Below, in pieces: positions 42,301 through 56,000 of a stretch of DNA of 64,000 bases. Positions within the stretch are counted from its first letter, which is position 1, and every line of letters starts with the position of its first letter. Source of the stretch: an uncultured virus (IMG/VR IMGVR_UViG_3300037067_013691). Taxonomy: Duplodnaviria > Heunggongvirae > Uroviricota > Caudoviricetes. The notes under the pieces were generated by a model. That model made no database searches. It was not told the origin of the DNA and worked only from the letters and a program-made list of their open reading frames with translations. The position numbers and the translations under genes are program-made. The stretch is taken from IMG/VR virus record IMGVR_UViG_3300037067_013691; one strand, 5' to 3'.

Positions 42301-45300
42301 AAGGAGATAAGAAAATGTTAAAAGGTAAAGTATTCAAAGGTTATAAAATCCCTGCTACATACCACTTAAGCACATACAAAGGGAATGGATGTTTTCTGGA
42401 ACCGCCCGACCATCCACGTTATTTTACACAATCCATATATACAGGTAGCGGAAATTCACCACGTTACGGATTACCACAATATTACTTAAATGGGAATGGA
42501 TATACAGAGCTTGAGGACGTTGACAGATTATATAAGCCCTTACCTTTGGAGCATGAACGTACACAGGAATGGATTAAATATGTAATGTCGTATTTTAACA
42601 ACTGTTACATGAATCCTGATAAACCTGCAAACGTATCTGATAATACCATTATCTATCCTGTACCATATTATAAACTTAAAACATTTACAGATGATGAGCG
42701 TTTTTCAGATGAATGGAGAGCTAAGGAAAAGGCAAGCGTAGCACAGGCTAACAAGGAAATTGAAAAGCAAGCTAAGGCATTAGCTATTCCAGATAATCAT
42801 CAAGGCGTTAGGTTTATCCGTAAATACTATCCAGAATTTAAGCCAACAGATGACTTGATTAACAATGCTAAATCCTATGCTGGACGTGGCGACTGGTGGA
42901 CTACTGAAAAGACACGTCCCACTCCCGAAACGTGCAAAGGCGAAGATTGGCATAAACATCCTGTTAATGGTGAATGGTGTCAAGTTTGCGGATGGCATGA
43001 ACAGGAAGCCTAATCATCATAATAAACAATAAGGAGAGTATAAGGAAAATGGGCAATTTAACAGATGCGTTGATAGATGCAAAAGGATTAATCAAGTTAC
43101 ATTATAATGACTTTCCTAGACACTTTGGCAATGTTGATATTACAGAAGTAATAGAATTTGCACATATAGCAAACGAACATAGATTGACTAACAAACAGTA
43201 TGAAACTTTAATCCATAAATCTGAAATGTACTTTGATACTTTATCAAATGACAGAATATAAGGAGAGATAACAAATGGATAAAGATAATTTTATAACGCC
43301 TGTCATATTCCGCAAAGAGGGTAAAAAGGACGATGTGAATATACTGGCAGTTTTTCCTGAACAACCAGGCACTTATGACTCATATACTTGCGGATGCTAT
43401 TCACACGTAGGGCAACATAGCTCGATGGATACTATGTATTTGTATAAAACAAAGCCAGCAAAACCGTCTGAATATGCAGACTTGAAAGCAGAGCTAGAAA
43501 GCATCGGATATAATCTCAAAGTATACAAACGCTGGCAATATAGCTTTAATAAAGCAAGAGAAAGAGAACTGGCAAATTATAAATAAGGAGAATTAAGCAC
43601 ATGATATTACATCTTAACAAAGAAGCCTACAATTTCATTAAAGAGGAGATTACAAGAGAACTACAAACCTGTGAATGCCAATTGAAATTACCTCATGACA
43701 ACAAGGTAATGAATTACTTACTAGATCGCAAACAAAAGCTATACATAACATTGCTGGAATTGAATCATAAGCCATTAGCGGAAACATTACTAGACATTGC
43801 TAATAGGTAATTCTAAATTTGGATTAGAGGAGTAGTTAAATGAACATCTACAAAGTAATCCGCACCAACGGACAGGTAGAATACAGGGCAGGTACACGCT
43901 TAATGATACAGAAGCTTCATTATGATAATGAACGACTGGATTTTAAACAGGTGGAACTCTTACAGCATAACGTATCATTCAAAGAGGTATATGACCATAA
44001 ATTACCTATCCTGATATGTGTATAAATTTATGCTCAATGCCTATTGACAATTATGATAATAAGAGTATAATAGGTTATACGATAAGGAGAGTATTAAATG
44101 AAAATCATACAATGGGAAACATTAGAAGGATATACTATCAAGGGAACTCGCAGGGAATTTTCAATCTTAATAAATAGCCTACGAGAATTACTACAGGATG
44201 ATGAGACCGATGAACTTAATTACGACAATATTTTTCTCAAGGTTGAATTGGAATAAGGAAGGTGAATTATGATACAAACAGATAAGCCACTTAAGCCATT
44301 CATTGAATACGTTGCAGAGCATATTGTAAAGGTACTCAAGGGTAAAGGAATAGATGATATATGCTCTTACTACGTCACTAATATGGTATTCCGTAATCCT
44401 AAGACACTGGAAGAAATGATTAGGTATTATAAATTACCTAAGCATGATATGTATAAAATGCATAAGAGATTAGAGGAGATAATATCATGAGCAAATGGAT
44501 GATATGCCCTAATCGCAACAAGCTATGCCAAAGTGATTGCAAGCACGCAAAACGACATTTACATGAAAGCGATTGCGACTACTTAATAGTATGCCCAATT
44601 AGAAAGCCTACATTTATGTGGCATACACTAGGTAAATGTGAACCTACTACTGCACCAATTAAAGGAAGCAAATAATGAATAAACTAAAATTAATCTTCCA
44701 TATCATAATACACTTGATACTTTTGATTACATCATCTATATGTAACTTACTATCTAAGGGATTGAATAAGATAGGTACTATATCAGATAGACTCTTGGAA
44801 CTCAATGAAGCCCATACGGATGGATTAATAGGAGAGTAAAGTAATGAACATCACGAAAAAAGAATGGACATATTCAGATAGTCTTGGAGTATGGCACATT
44901 TCTTCAGAAACAAACCCTAAACATTTGATTGCATCAGTTGACTGTGAAGCCAACGCACAACTTATCTCGGCAAGCCCTGATATGTATGAAGCATTAAAAG
45001 AAGCTGACAAACTGATTGCACTTGCGAGACAGTTTTTCCCAAAATCCATACACAATTCTGACAAATTTCAGCTTGAAAATACTTGCGCTACAATTGGCAA
45101 GGCTATTGCAAAAGCCGAAGGGAAATAATATGCCTGATTATCACTTCACAGTAAAAGGTCATCCAGTAGGATTTATAATAGAAGCCCCCGACCAAAATAA
45201 TGCTATTAAGCAATATGAAGAATTGATGGTAAGTGGAAATTCTGGCATAGTAGGCTTTACTACACAGGATATCATAAGCATAGAGAATGTAAAAGAACAA

Positions 45301-46409
45301 CGACCATTTTATATGCTTGGGGATATAAAAGTAACTTAAAAGGAGCTACCATATGAATGAAGTACATATCCGTGAACCGCTATGGATAGGCGATAGAACA
45401 CAAATGGCAGTGGGCATTGCACGTTTCCGCTTGTTAGATGATATGGGTAGACCACGCAAAGGCAACATAAGAATCTGGATAGACTACAAAGTAAAGGATA
45501 AAAACGACCCAATTGACCCCGACAGGCTCGTGTTAGCATACAAATATCCTTTTGTCATATCCTGTGCAAAAGCCCTTGAATACCCCATACAGGTGCTTAA
45601 TGACCACAATAGGACACGTTTAAACATAATCCCAATAGCAGATTTAAAGGTTCAAAAGACAAAGCGTAAACGTACCATGTCTCAATCAGATTTCAAGTCT
45701 TTAATGCAAGCTTCTAATGCAGTTAAAGAAGAAGAAAATAGGAGTTGAATAAATGATAGAATTTTTACGTACTCCGTTAGCACAGTTTATTGTTGGTTGT
45801 CTCATTTGGGTAATAGTAGGAATTATCCTTTATACAACAGGAGGAAAAAATGAACTCAAATAGTAACATAATATCTTACTACACAAAGCGCATAGCGAAG
45901 CGCAGGGCTTTAATCGCACAGCTAACATCACTTACAAACAAGATTATAGACAACAAATTAGGCAAGGATTACCACGATGAGCTACTTGCCGTAGCAGATA
46001 CTATCAATATTCTCCAATCTGAAATAGACATTGATGAAGTACATATGAAAGAGGAGAAAATGAAATGAAAGTAGAACTAAGAATTAACGGACGTATTGTA
46101 TCAGTGGTAAACATACCAGTAGAAAACCCTGATTATAAACTTGATAATGATGATATAGACAGGTCATTCAAGGAATGGCTAGATAACTATTTTGGAGTAG
46201 GAGTGTAATCTATGACACAAAAATTTGACTTAACAAAAATCAACTTAGATGAACTAGAACAAGCAGTAAATCAAATGCAATACGCAGGATATAAATACAA
46301 TCGTCAACAATTCCCACGTTGGACAGTAGACCAATGGGCTAAAGTATTTGGGATGGATGCTTACCTTATGGAAATCAAATATCAAAAGGAACTCAACGAT
46401 ACAAAATAG
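39368..46409 (+). CDS. Early/leading-like island of about 20 small phage-type hypothetical genes
   Basis: 39368-40072, 40100-40477, 40477-40749, 40772-41005, 41374-41688, 41706-42293, 42315-43013, 43049-43261, 43275-43586, 43601-43810, 43840-44025, 44269-44490, 44487-44675, 44844-45128, 45130-45339, 45353-45748, 45850-46068, 46212-46409; most have AGGAG SDs. Confidence 0.8.
41273..41320 (+). promoter_or_regulatory. Early-island promoter P2
   Basis: TTGACA-16-TATAAT. Confidence 0.8.
44031..44071 (+). promoter_or_regulatory. Early-island promoter P3
   Basis: TGCTCAATGCCTA-TTGACA-16-TATAAT. Confidence 0.8.
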
Positions 46410-46495
46410 GTGGTCTCACTTTTATATGAGTCCTATTCTTCGCCACTTCATAACATGATTTACATAATGTAGTCCCCTTGTATCTGGGCTTCTTC

Positions 46496-47067
46496 TTACA
46501 ATGTACACACGTTCCTGCCATTTTCCTTCTCCTTCACAAATACTCTTACTCTGACCCCTTTACCTTTCAAGGTAATCTCACGAGCAGTAACACGATTACC
46601 CTGCTTTCTCAACTTCTCCATTACAGAACGTGCTATTGCTTTAGTCTTATAAGTCCTATATGGTTTATAGCCTATCATCGCATCTCTCCTGTTTGTGGCT
46701 TATCACGCCTGATTAGTTTCTTAAGATTCTGCATCGCTTTATTTGGCATAGGAGCTTGTACTGGCTTTCGTTTTACATCCACAATAAACTCATCTAATTC
46801 ACCTTCCCTCAATCCAAACTCTCTATCTAATTTAGTCCTCTTTAACTCTAAGGCTAATTCTTCTACTGTATCTGGTCTATCTAGCGTAGGTGGAATATTA
46901 CTTTTTACCATATTTAAAGCATTCTGTAATATAGGCTCTAGCTCTTTTCTGGTTAATTCATCCCAAGAAGCATTCTGTTGTTTAATCTTACGGGCATTCT
47001 CTATCTTAGCCTTATAATGATTTACAATCATCGGATATTGCTTGATTAACTTTTGATATTCGGTCAT
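46496..47067 (-). CDS. Two ORFs: 46496-46678 small basic protein; 46675-47067 paralog of 36092..36706
   Basis: ORF track; ATGA overlap. Confidence 0.7.
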
Positions 47068-47086
47068 AGCTTTACCATCATGATAA

Positions 47087-50000
47087 TCATTTAATACTAC
47101 TCACCTGTGTTGTAGTCTGACTATATCTACGTGGTATTCGTTTTACTATTGCCTGTGGATATCCTTCAACACTTCCACTTTTGGTACGTTGCATTGGGTC
47201 TGCCACATAATAAACTTTTACATCTTTACCATCTTTATCTTGTACAAAAGATATATCCATGATTCCTAAATCAACTGTTATCTTTTCTGGCAAGGCTGAA
47301 CCTTGCACCCTCGCTACTGATTTATATGCAGCTTTAGGGCCATGATGTATCTTTGTCCCTGCAAATGGCTCTTTGCTCCCTATCAAATCTTTCTGGGTAA
47401 ATGGTGGTACAAGTGCCCAATGCCAAAAGCCTTGTTTCCAAACTATAGATGCAGTCTTCTCTTGTTCTGTTAGGTCTTCCCATGAACGCCTAGATTTTAT
47501 AATAGCAGGAGGTTTTGTTGTTCTAGGAGGGATAGGGGGAGGATTTACAGTAGGAGGATATTCACCAGCAGGGGGATATTTAGGAGTAGGTGGATACTTT
47601 TGTTCTGGAGAATATTTTCCATAGGGAGGATACTGAGGAATTGGAGGATATTCACCAGCAGGGGGATATTTAGGAGTAGGTGGATATTCTCCAATAGGAT
47701 ATGGTGGATATTTATTATTTGGATATTGAACTTTAAGATATGATACTAGTGTACTTGGTTTATATTCAGATTCAGTATATTCCTTGCCATATTTTATATA
47801 TGGAGGAGTGCCAATTTTAATTTCTCCATATCCCTTTGTTCCCTTATAATAATCTTCAAGTTTAGCATTCTTAACTGCCTCATTATATAAATCAAATTTA
47901 GTTCTAATTTCCCTTCCAATAGACTTTGTATCCTTAGCAGTTAAATCTTTAACCCAAGTTTTAAAACTATCAACATAGGAACTTATTTGATTCTCAGGAA
48001 TTGTAAACCCACGATTATATTCAGGGTATGTTTCCTTTACCCAATCTGATATTTCAATATCTGTAATCTCGCCCTTGCTAGTTCTATCCACTAGATTCTC
48101 TAGTTTTTTATCAATACCCTTCATTTGTTCAGAAAATCTAGTTACTTCTTCTTTTCCAATATTTTTACGATAATTTCTATATCCTTTTGATAATTTTGCC
48201 AAATTATAATTACTTAATTCTCCACCATATAATTCTTTTGCAACATCATTGAGTACACTAGATATTCTTGTTGGCTTTATAAATCCTGCATCAATATCAT
48301 CAACCAAATCTCTTACTCTGTCACTACCACGTAATTGTGCATCTTTATATATATCATACATATATAAATTATCTATTTTATTTTGTAATTTTCTTCCCTC
48401 AAAAGTCCACAACTCACCCTTGCTTTCTGCAAGATATTTAACTACTTCTGGTTTCACATCAGATGGCAAAGGAATATCTCCATATCTTCCTTCATGCAAT
48501 AATATCCCATACTCATCATAAAGTTCATTTCTTAATATATTAGCATTATTAATATCCCCAACCTTTCGTACCCTATCAAACTCATCCAATACCTTTTCAG
48601 GGATACGATTATATCTTCTAACACCTTCAATTGTTGCTTCATTTACAAACTCAGGAGCTTTATATTGTACCCTCAAACCACCATAGACATAACCATGTCT
48701 TTCAAATTCCTTCTTAACTAAATCTTCAGGAATATGATTAATTAAAGATATATCTACTATTTCCTGTGGTGAAGCTTTGAGTTTAGTCATTTTATCTACT
48801 ATATATGTTCTTCTTTGATTATCTTTAAATATTGACCAATCTCGATTAAGTTGTTCTGCACTTATATCCTTACCAGTTGCTTCTTTATAAGCATTGGCAT
48901 GATATGTTTTGAATTCTAATTCAGTAGCAACACCACTTACTATTTTTTCAGGAACTTCTACCTTAGACATGATTTCTTTTGGTTGAATAGGTACTTCTCC
49001 ATATACACGTACTTCATCTAATAAAGGCAATTTTGTTATTAACGCATCTGGTATTTGGTTTGAATTTATTGTGACAATACCAACATTATTGGAATCTAAT
49101 TTATTATAATACTCTAAGCTACGCAAGAATACTGGATTTTCTATTTTGGCTATATTTTCTCTTGCATTAAAATAGTAGTTTAATTTGTACTGCTTCCAAT
49201 CCATATCTGTTGGATTTATTTTATAATATCTGGAATATGGTGACTTTAACAATGCATCTTGTGTAATATTTTCTGGCTTTATTTCAAACTTATCTTGTTT
49301 AGCTAAATTCAAGAGATAGTCATCCACTTTATCTAACGGTAACTTTGATACCTCTATAACTGCAATTAAATCTTTTCTTAATTGCTCCGCTTTATTTTTA
49401 TCTGTTGTAAATGATATGCTCCTTTCTACTTCACCACCACCTAACCCACCCTTACTAGGTAACTTTGTTAATTTTCCTGTTTTATCAATCCCCATAACAT
49501 CAGTCGTAACATGGTATAATTCTTCAGGCAACTGTGCTTTACTGATTTTAATACTGTCAATAGCATTAGGGTCTCTAAATTTTGTTGCTATATCTTCAAT
49601 TGTCATATCTGGTGTAGCATATATTTTTAATCCCTTATCTATCTTCATATAAGGTACTGCCAACAACCCCATCAAATTATCTTTTATATCATTATATTTC
49701 ACTAACTCCAAATTACCCTTATCATTAAATACACGAATAAAGCCATTATTATCTATTTCAGGCAATCCATCAATACCTACTTCTGCAATACGGTAATTAG
49801 ATATATTAGATTGACCAATTTTCTTATTATCCCAAATCTGATATGTATCTACTATAATAGATTTTGGCTCTATATAAGGCTCACTTACAACTCTTTGTTC
49901 CATAGCCCCTTCAACTAAAGCCTCTCCTGCCCCAGTACTGCCAACATCTTCTAATACTGATGGGGTTGCTTCTTTTAATTGAACACCCTCAGTAATTACA

Positions 50001-53000
50001 TCCCCATATCCCTGCTCCTTAACCTTAATATTTAATTCATCAACAGGAATAACTTCCATATTTCTATTCTTAACAAAATATCCACCAACTTCCATCTTCT
50101 TAGTAATTGGTACATTATCTCCAATTTCCAATAATGTAATATGTGGTTCAAATTTATAAGTAGCAGGAGATAACCCAGCCTCAGTAGACGCAGCATCTAC
50201 AATTCTTTGTAATGTATATGCCTTATCCATATTCCCAACATCTTTCATCCTCAACGACACAATATTTACATCCTTGGCATTAGGCCATGTTTCCCATCCA
50301 CTAACATCAAATTTTATGCTTTGCTTCTTAACATACTGATTAATTTTATCTATAGCAATCGCAAGCTTAGGTAAATCTTCTTTTGGCATTTTACCTATAT
50401 ATCGTAATGTTATATGATATTTGTCTGGCTCTTGCCACTTTATAAAATCCCACCCTTGTTTTGTAGCTTCTTCTTTTAATTTACTCTGTATCTTATATAT
50501 CTGATTTCTTGCTTTATCACTCAATTCACCAGATATATATACATTGTTATCAGTTAACTCAGGATTAAATTTCTTCCACACACGAGTACCAATCGTATTA
50601 TTAACCAATTCTAATGGTCTCTGTGGTATTTCTCCGTACCCTACATTACTAACCTTAACTGCATATGTATCAACTATAGTTCCAGGGATTATCTCAGACC
50701 ACTGATTATCTGGAAATTTATATTCAGTTGAAATATAACTATATTCATCTGATTTAATACCTCTATTATCTAATTCTAATTTAATCGCTTCAGCTATAGT
50801 TTGCCCCTTTTGACGAATTACACTTAATGAATTAATTGGATTATTCGATTCATCTAGCATAACTACCTGTGTTATTTCATCTTTAGAAACAATAATATTC
50901 TTCTGTTGTTCCTTATCCCACCTAATAGCAACAGGTTTTTCTTTTACTAACGCCCTCTGGGGTTCAGTTATCTTAACATCAATTTTAATCTTTGAATTAT
51001 TAGCATATTTTAATAAATTAGGTGTAATATCAGATACCTTACCACTAATCCTCTTGCCATCTAAAGAATATAAATTATTACCATCATACCAAGCTAATGT
51101 ATCAATCTCTGAAGAAGCTACAGGCTGTCCTTTATAATCAACCTCATAAATATCAAATACTCTTTCTCCTTCTTTATATTGACCATTGGGTAACTTTGTA
51201 TTCATATGCCTACCTGACATCTGCCCCACATATTTACCACCAGTAGGTATAACACCACCTTCATCAATAGCCTCACGGACTAATGATATTTCAATTGGTG
51301 CTTCACCAGACTCAATAATACTAGAGCCAAATTTAAAGTTAGAACCACCTATTGTATCAAAATGTGTTTCCTCTTTAGCTCTACCAACAAGAATTTGGTC
51401 TCTATTCTGTGGATTTCTTATTATAGATGTGCCACGTCTTGGTAAAGAAAAGTAATCACTGGGATTATTGTAATGTTTTATTTCTAATCCCTCTATCTCA
51501 CCTAATCTAATATTTCCATAACCAAATCCTAATTTAGTCTTTATAGGTCTAAAAATCCTACGGGCATTTGCCAACGGTTCATATAGCCATTCTGCTTCCA
51601 TTTTCTGTATCAGTGTAGGTGGTAATTGGTTGGGTTCTTCAGAAAGCCACATAATAGGAACTTTCCCACCACCCTTAACTGAAAGCTTGCCAGCACTATT
51701 AATAATATCTTCATCCACTCGCATATAACTGCCACCAGATACATCACCTAACTCTTTTATTCTACTATCAACAGTAACCTTGGTAGGATATAACGGAGCA
51801 TTATTAGTTCTATAGGCTTCAATCTCCAATACCCACTCAGATAATTCTAACTTTTTTTGAGCAGGTATCTTATTATATGCCTCATTAAATTTTTTAAGTT
51901 TATCACCCGTTATAGGCTCTTTTGGGTTAATATTTAGATTAACTCCGTTGTCCTTTAAATAATTAAGCACCTTTTCTATATTAGGTCTATCCCAAGTTTT
52001 AAATACTGGATATGTGCCACCGACTAAACTCCCTTTATCTTCCAACTCTAAATATTTTTCTACAGCCCTATTTACTACATCACGTACTACATCAAATGTA
52101 ACTTTAGATTCATCCAAAACAGATAATTCGTTATAAATATCTTGTACTTCTTTTGGAACTTGCTTAAACTTAAATTTATAACCTATAATTCCAGTTTTAT
52201 TACCAGAAGGCTCAATAGCAGCACCTAATCTGACTGAAGCATTTGGAGCAGCATAAGCACCCTTTCCAGGAAATTGTGAATCTCGTGATGCTATTTCAAA
52301 GTCTACACTACCTTTATCCTTTAAACTACGCACATACTCATCAAATCTATTGGTAACATGAAGCCAATCGGTAACTCCTGCTCTAGCCATAGGCGTAATT
52401 CGTGTAACCATTTTACCAGTTGAATCATAAATAACCTTATCTTTGGTAAAATCACCATCTTTAAATATAGTCTCTAGGGTTTGCAGAACAGCCAATGCTC
52501 TACCAACACCAACCTTTAAAGGAACACCACTCATAGGGATTTCTATAGTATTAGCCATTGTAGACTGGCTTACAGTATTAGGAACATCTGCTACTTTCCT
52601 AATACCTTTTCCTACACCTTTAATAATGGTATGAGGCCCTACCACTATACCAATCCCATACCCTATTGCTTCTCCTGTTGCTAACCCAGGTTTCCCTCCT
52701 GCTATTTTTGTAGAAATACTACCAGCCATATTAGGAATAGCAAATACAGTTAAAGCACCTACTTCTTCTGCTGTATCAACAATGGCTTTCTTGTCACCCT
52801 CTAATAAACGATTAAAATTATCTGCCATCATTAATGGTATTAATGGAATCATTTTGCCAATTTCCTGAACAGCACTAGCAGATTCATGAATTGCCTCATA
52901 ACCCCATCCCTCATCAACACGCTTAATTGCATCTTCTTTTGACAAACCATGTTTCATGTATACTTGTATCTGACTATCTCTTTGTGAATCTATCCATTCA

Positions 53001-56000
53001 TTAACTGCTTTTTTGTCCCACAAACTAAATCCAACTATATTATTACGTAATTCTTCTATCTGTTTTTTAGCTAAATATTGTGGGGCAAAATAGGGAAATA
53101 ACATAGCCATTGGGGGCAATTGTTGATTTTGGGGTAATTTAATAGTAGCAACTTCATTAGCAGTAATTACATCAATTCCTTTACGCCAATCATTAAATTT
53201 ATCAGAAATATTCTTATTCCAATCATTTAAAACTGAAGATAAATTAGTAGCCATTGCCTCCATAGTTAAAGTCTTACCTTCATATTTAATATTTCTAATT
53301 GCCTCAGCCCACGTCCTAGTACCTAAACCACCAATAACAGAAAAATACTTAACTCTAGGGTCATTCGGATTAGCATTATTATAATTTATCCTCTCTTGTT
53401 CACCTAAAGAATTATATTCTCGGTCAGATATATAATTATCAGTAGGCAATGATTCAATAATAGAATCTACCACTTTATTAAGTTCTTCTCTATCACCAGC
53501 AAATGTTCTGAGAGACTCTTCAATATTCTTTAAACTTATACCATTATTTCTGTTATCTTCGGCATACCTAAATATATCATATGTACCATCATTATTCTTA
53601 TATTTATCTATGCCACTTATTACCTGATTAGTATATTCAATTACTCCTGCAACACCATAATCATTAAATATTTTCTTTGTATTATCACTATACTTATCAT
53701 ATTGGTCTTTTGTTATAGTAAATATATTCCCATCCACATCACGACCTGCATATAACTTATCTTCTACATCCCCAATAATTTTAGCACTATCATTAAACCA
53801 TTCTTGCCATTCCTTAAACTCACTTGGAGTTTTAGGTTTTTCAATAATTGGATTAAATTGTGTTACATTCTCACTTACTACTGGCTCTGAAATCTTAGGT
53901 TTTATTTCAGTTACAACCGATGGAGCAACACCTACATTCCAATCATTCTTCAGGACATATTTAATACCATCCCTTAAATCTTGTGCCATATTTCCACAAT
54001 AAGGGCCTGAACACATCATTTGTGTTACTTCTTTTGTTTTAGGGTCAATAGTATAATTCCCTGTTTTCCATCCTTCCCCTGCCTGTTGATACCATAATCC
54101 TACAACTTCACCATTTGCACCTTTTATCATAGCATACTTCATTAATACTGGAGTTTTACCTTTTCCAGAACCAACATCAGGAGAAGTCATTGCTTCAAAA
54201 TATGCTATATTCTGCCCTCTCAATTCATCAGGGCCTCCCACGTCTTCTGACTTACCTACCTTCGTTGAACTTTCTACTACTATTTGACTCTGTGACTTAG
54301 GTACAAATAAATCTGTAGTTATACCAGCAGTTCTTAATGGTTTTAAATCTTCTAGACTAATTAATACTTCTGATTCCCCTATCCTTTTCAACCCTTCAGC
54401 ATTAGGAATTTCTTTCTTCAATAAGTATTCTTCTGCAACCTTTCCACCTATTTCTAATTCGGGATGTAAAGCTTTTCCTTCTGGAGTGAATTGAGAAATA
54501 AATCCTTCCATATATATAGAAGGATTATCAGCCATATCTTGCCTTAATTCTTCCGTAAATTTATCAAGTCTATAGCCATTATTTGTAGCTAAAGATTTAT
54601 TGTAAATCTCTATAATTCGTTTATCTTTTTCTGTCCTATCTTTCTCCCTTGGGGATAAAGCTAGTTTCAACAACCTATTTGCTTCTACACTATTTAAAGA
54701 AACCACCACTGGAACTTCCGTTGGTTGTATGCCACTCGCAATATTTACAAATTCATTTGTTTTATATTCTTCTATCTGCCTACGTAAATCATCCCCTTGC
54801 ATCCGATTTGCCACATCAAGTATAAAATCATCTTCCTTCGTATTTATACCCTTTAACTTATTCTCTTTAGCCGTCTTTACCATATTATTTGCTTTTTCAA
54901 TAGTAACATAAGTAATCGTAGGCATTCTGGTATCTTCATCCTTAACCATTATTGCCCTAGCAAGATACTGATTAAAATCAGTCCCCGATCTCAATGAAGG
55001 ATATGCCCTATTAAATTCTGCCCAAGTCATTACCTTATTTGTGGTTGTATCTAATACATTTAATAACGTACTATCTGTAGGATTACGAAAAACAAATGCC
55101 CACCCATCATCTTTCATAATTTGCATGGAAATGCCAGGAGCAGTCACCTTAGCATATTCTCCCATTGGAACACTAAATACTTGTCCCTTTAATTTAACAG
55201 ATGTGCCATCTTTAAATGTTATGGGATTCTCGCTCCTCGTAAATCCCGTAACACGATTAATACCTGATAAGAGTGTTTGTTTAGCTACAAATTCACCATA
55301 TCGATCATATATTTCTAACGCAACTTTTAAATTATTCTCATGTTCAGCAGGGTTATCTTTTGCCAAGAATACATTTATATCATTCGCAAATTGATCTCTT
55401 GCTTCTTTAATAACAGAATCACCATACTTATACTTACGATAACTAGCTAAATCACTTATTTTATTTTTCTCTTTAACTTCAGAATTTAACTGTTTGAACT
55501 CGCTAAGATCAGTTTTATCTTTTTTAGCAACATCTTCAGCCAATAGTACAGATACTTTATCGGGAGCAATCACAGACGCAGTTGAAATATCACCCTTCTT
55601 GTATACAGCCGCAGCTAATGATTCTCCACTTAATTTATTATTACCTGATTCTTTTCTTACTTCATTAACTATCTTTACTCCTTCTGGTGTTAATCCACTT
55701 GTTCCACCTGCCACACTAGCAGCTATTTGAGCTATAGGACTCAACGATGCCAATCCAACAGCACCTTTGGATGTTTCTTTACCTATAAATCCTGACTGTC
55801 CACCTCCAGGTCTTGACGAACCCTCATAACCTACTAATACACCCCCTAAACGGGCTTCTTCACCATTGGCATTTTTTTCTATTGATACACCCTTGATACT
55901 CTCTTTACTCTCTTTACTCTCTTTACTCTCTTTACTCTCTTTACTCTCTTTACTCCCACCCCCACTATAACCTTTACCACCACCACTATCACCACGGGAA

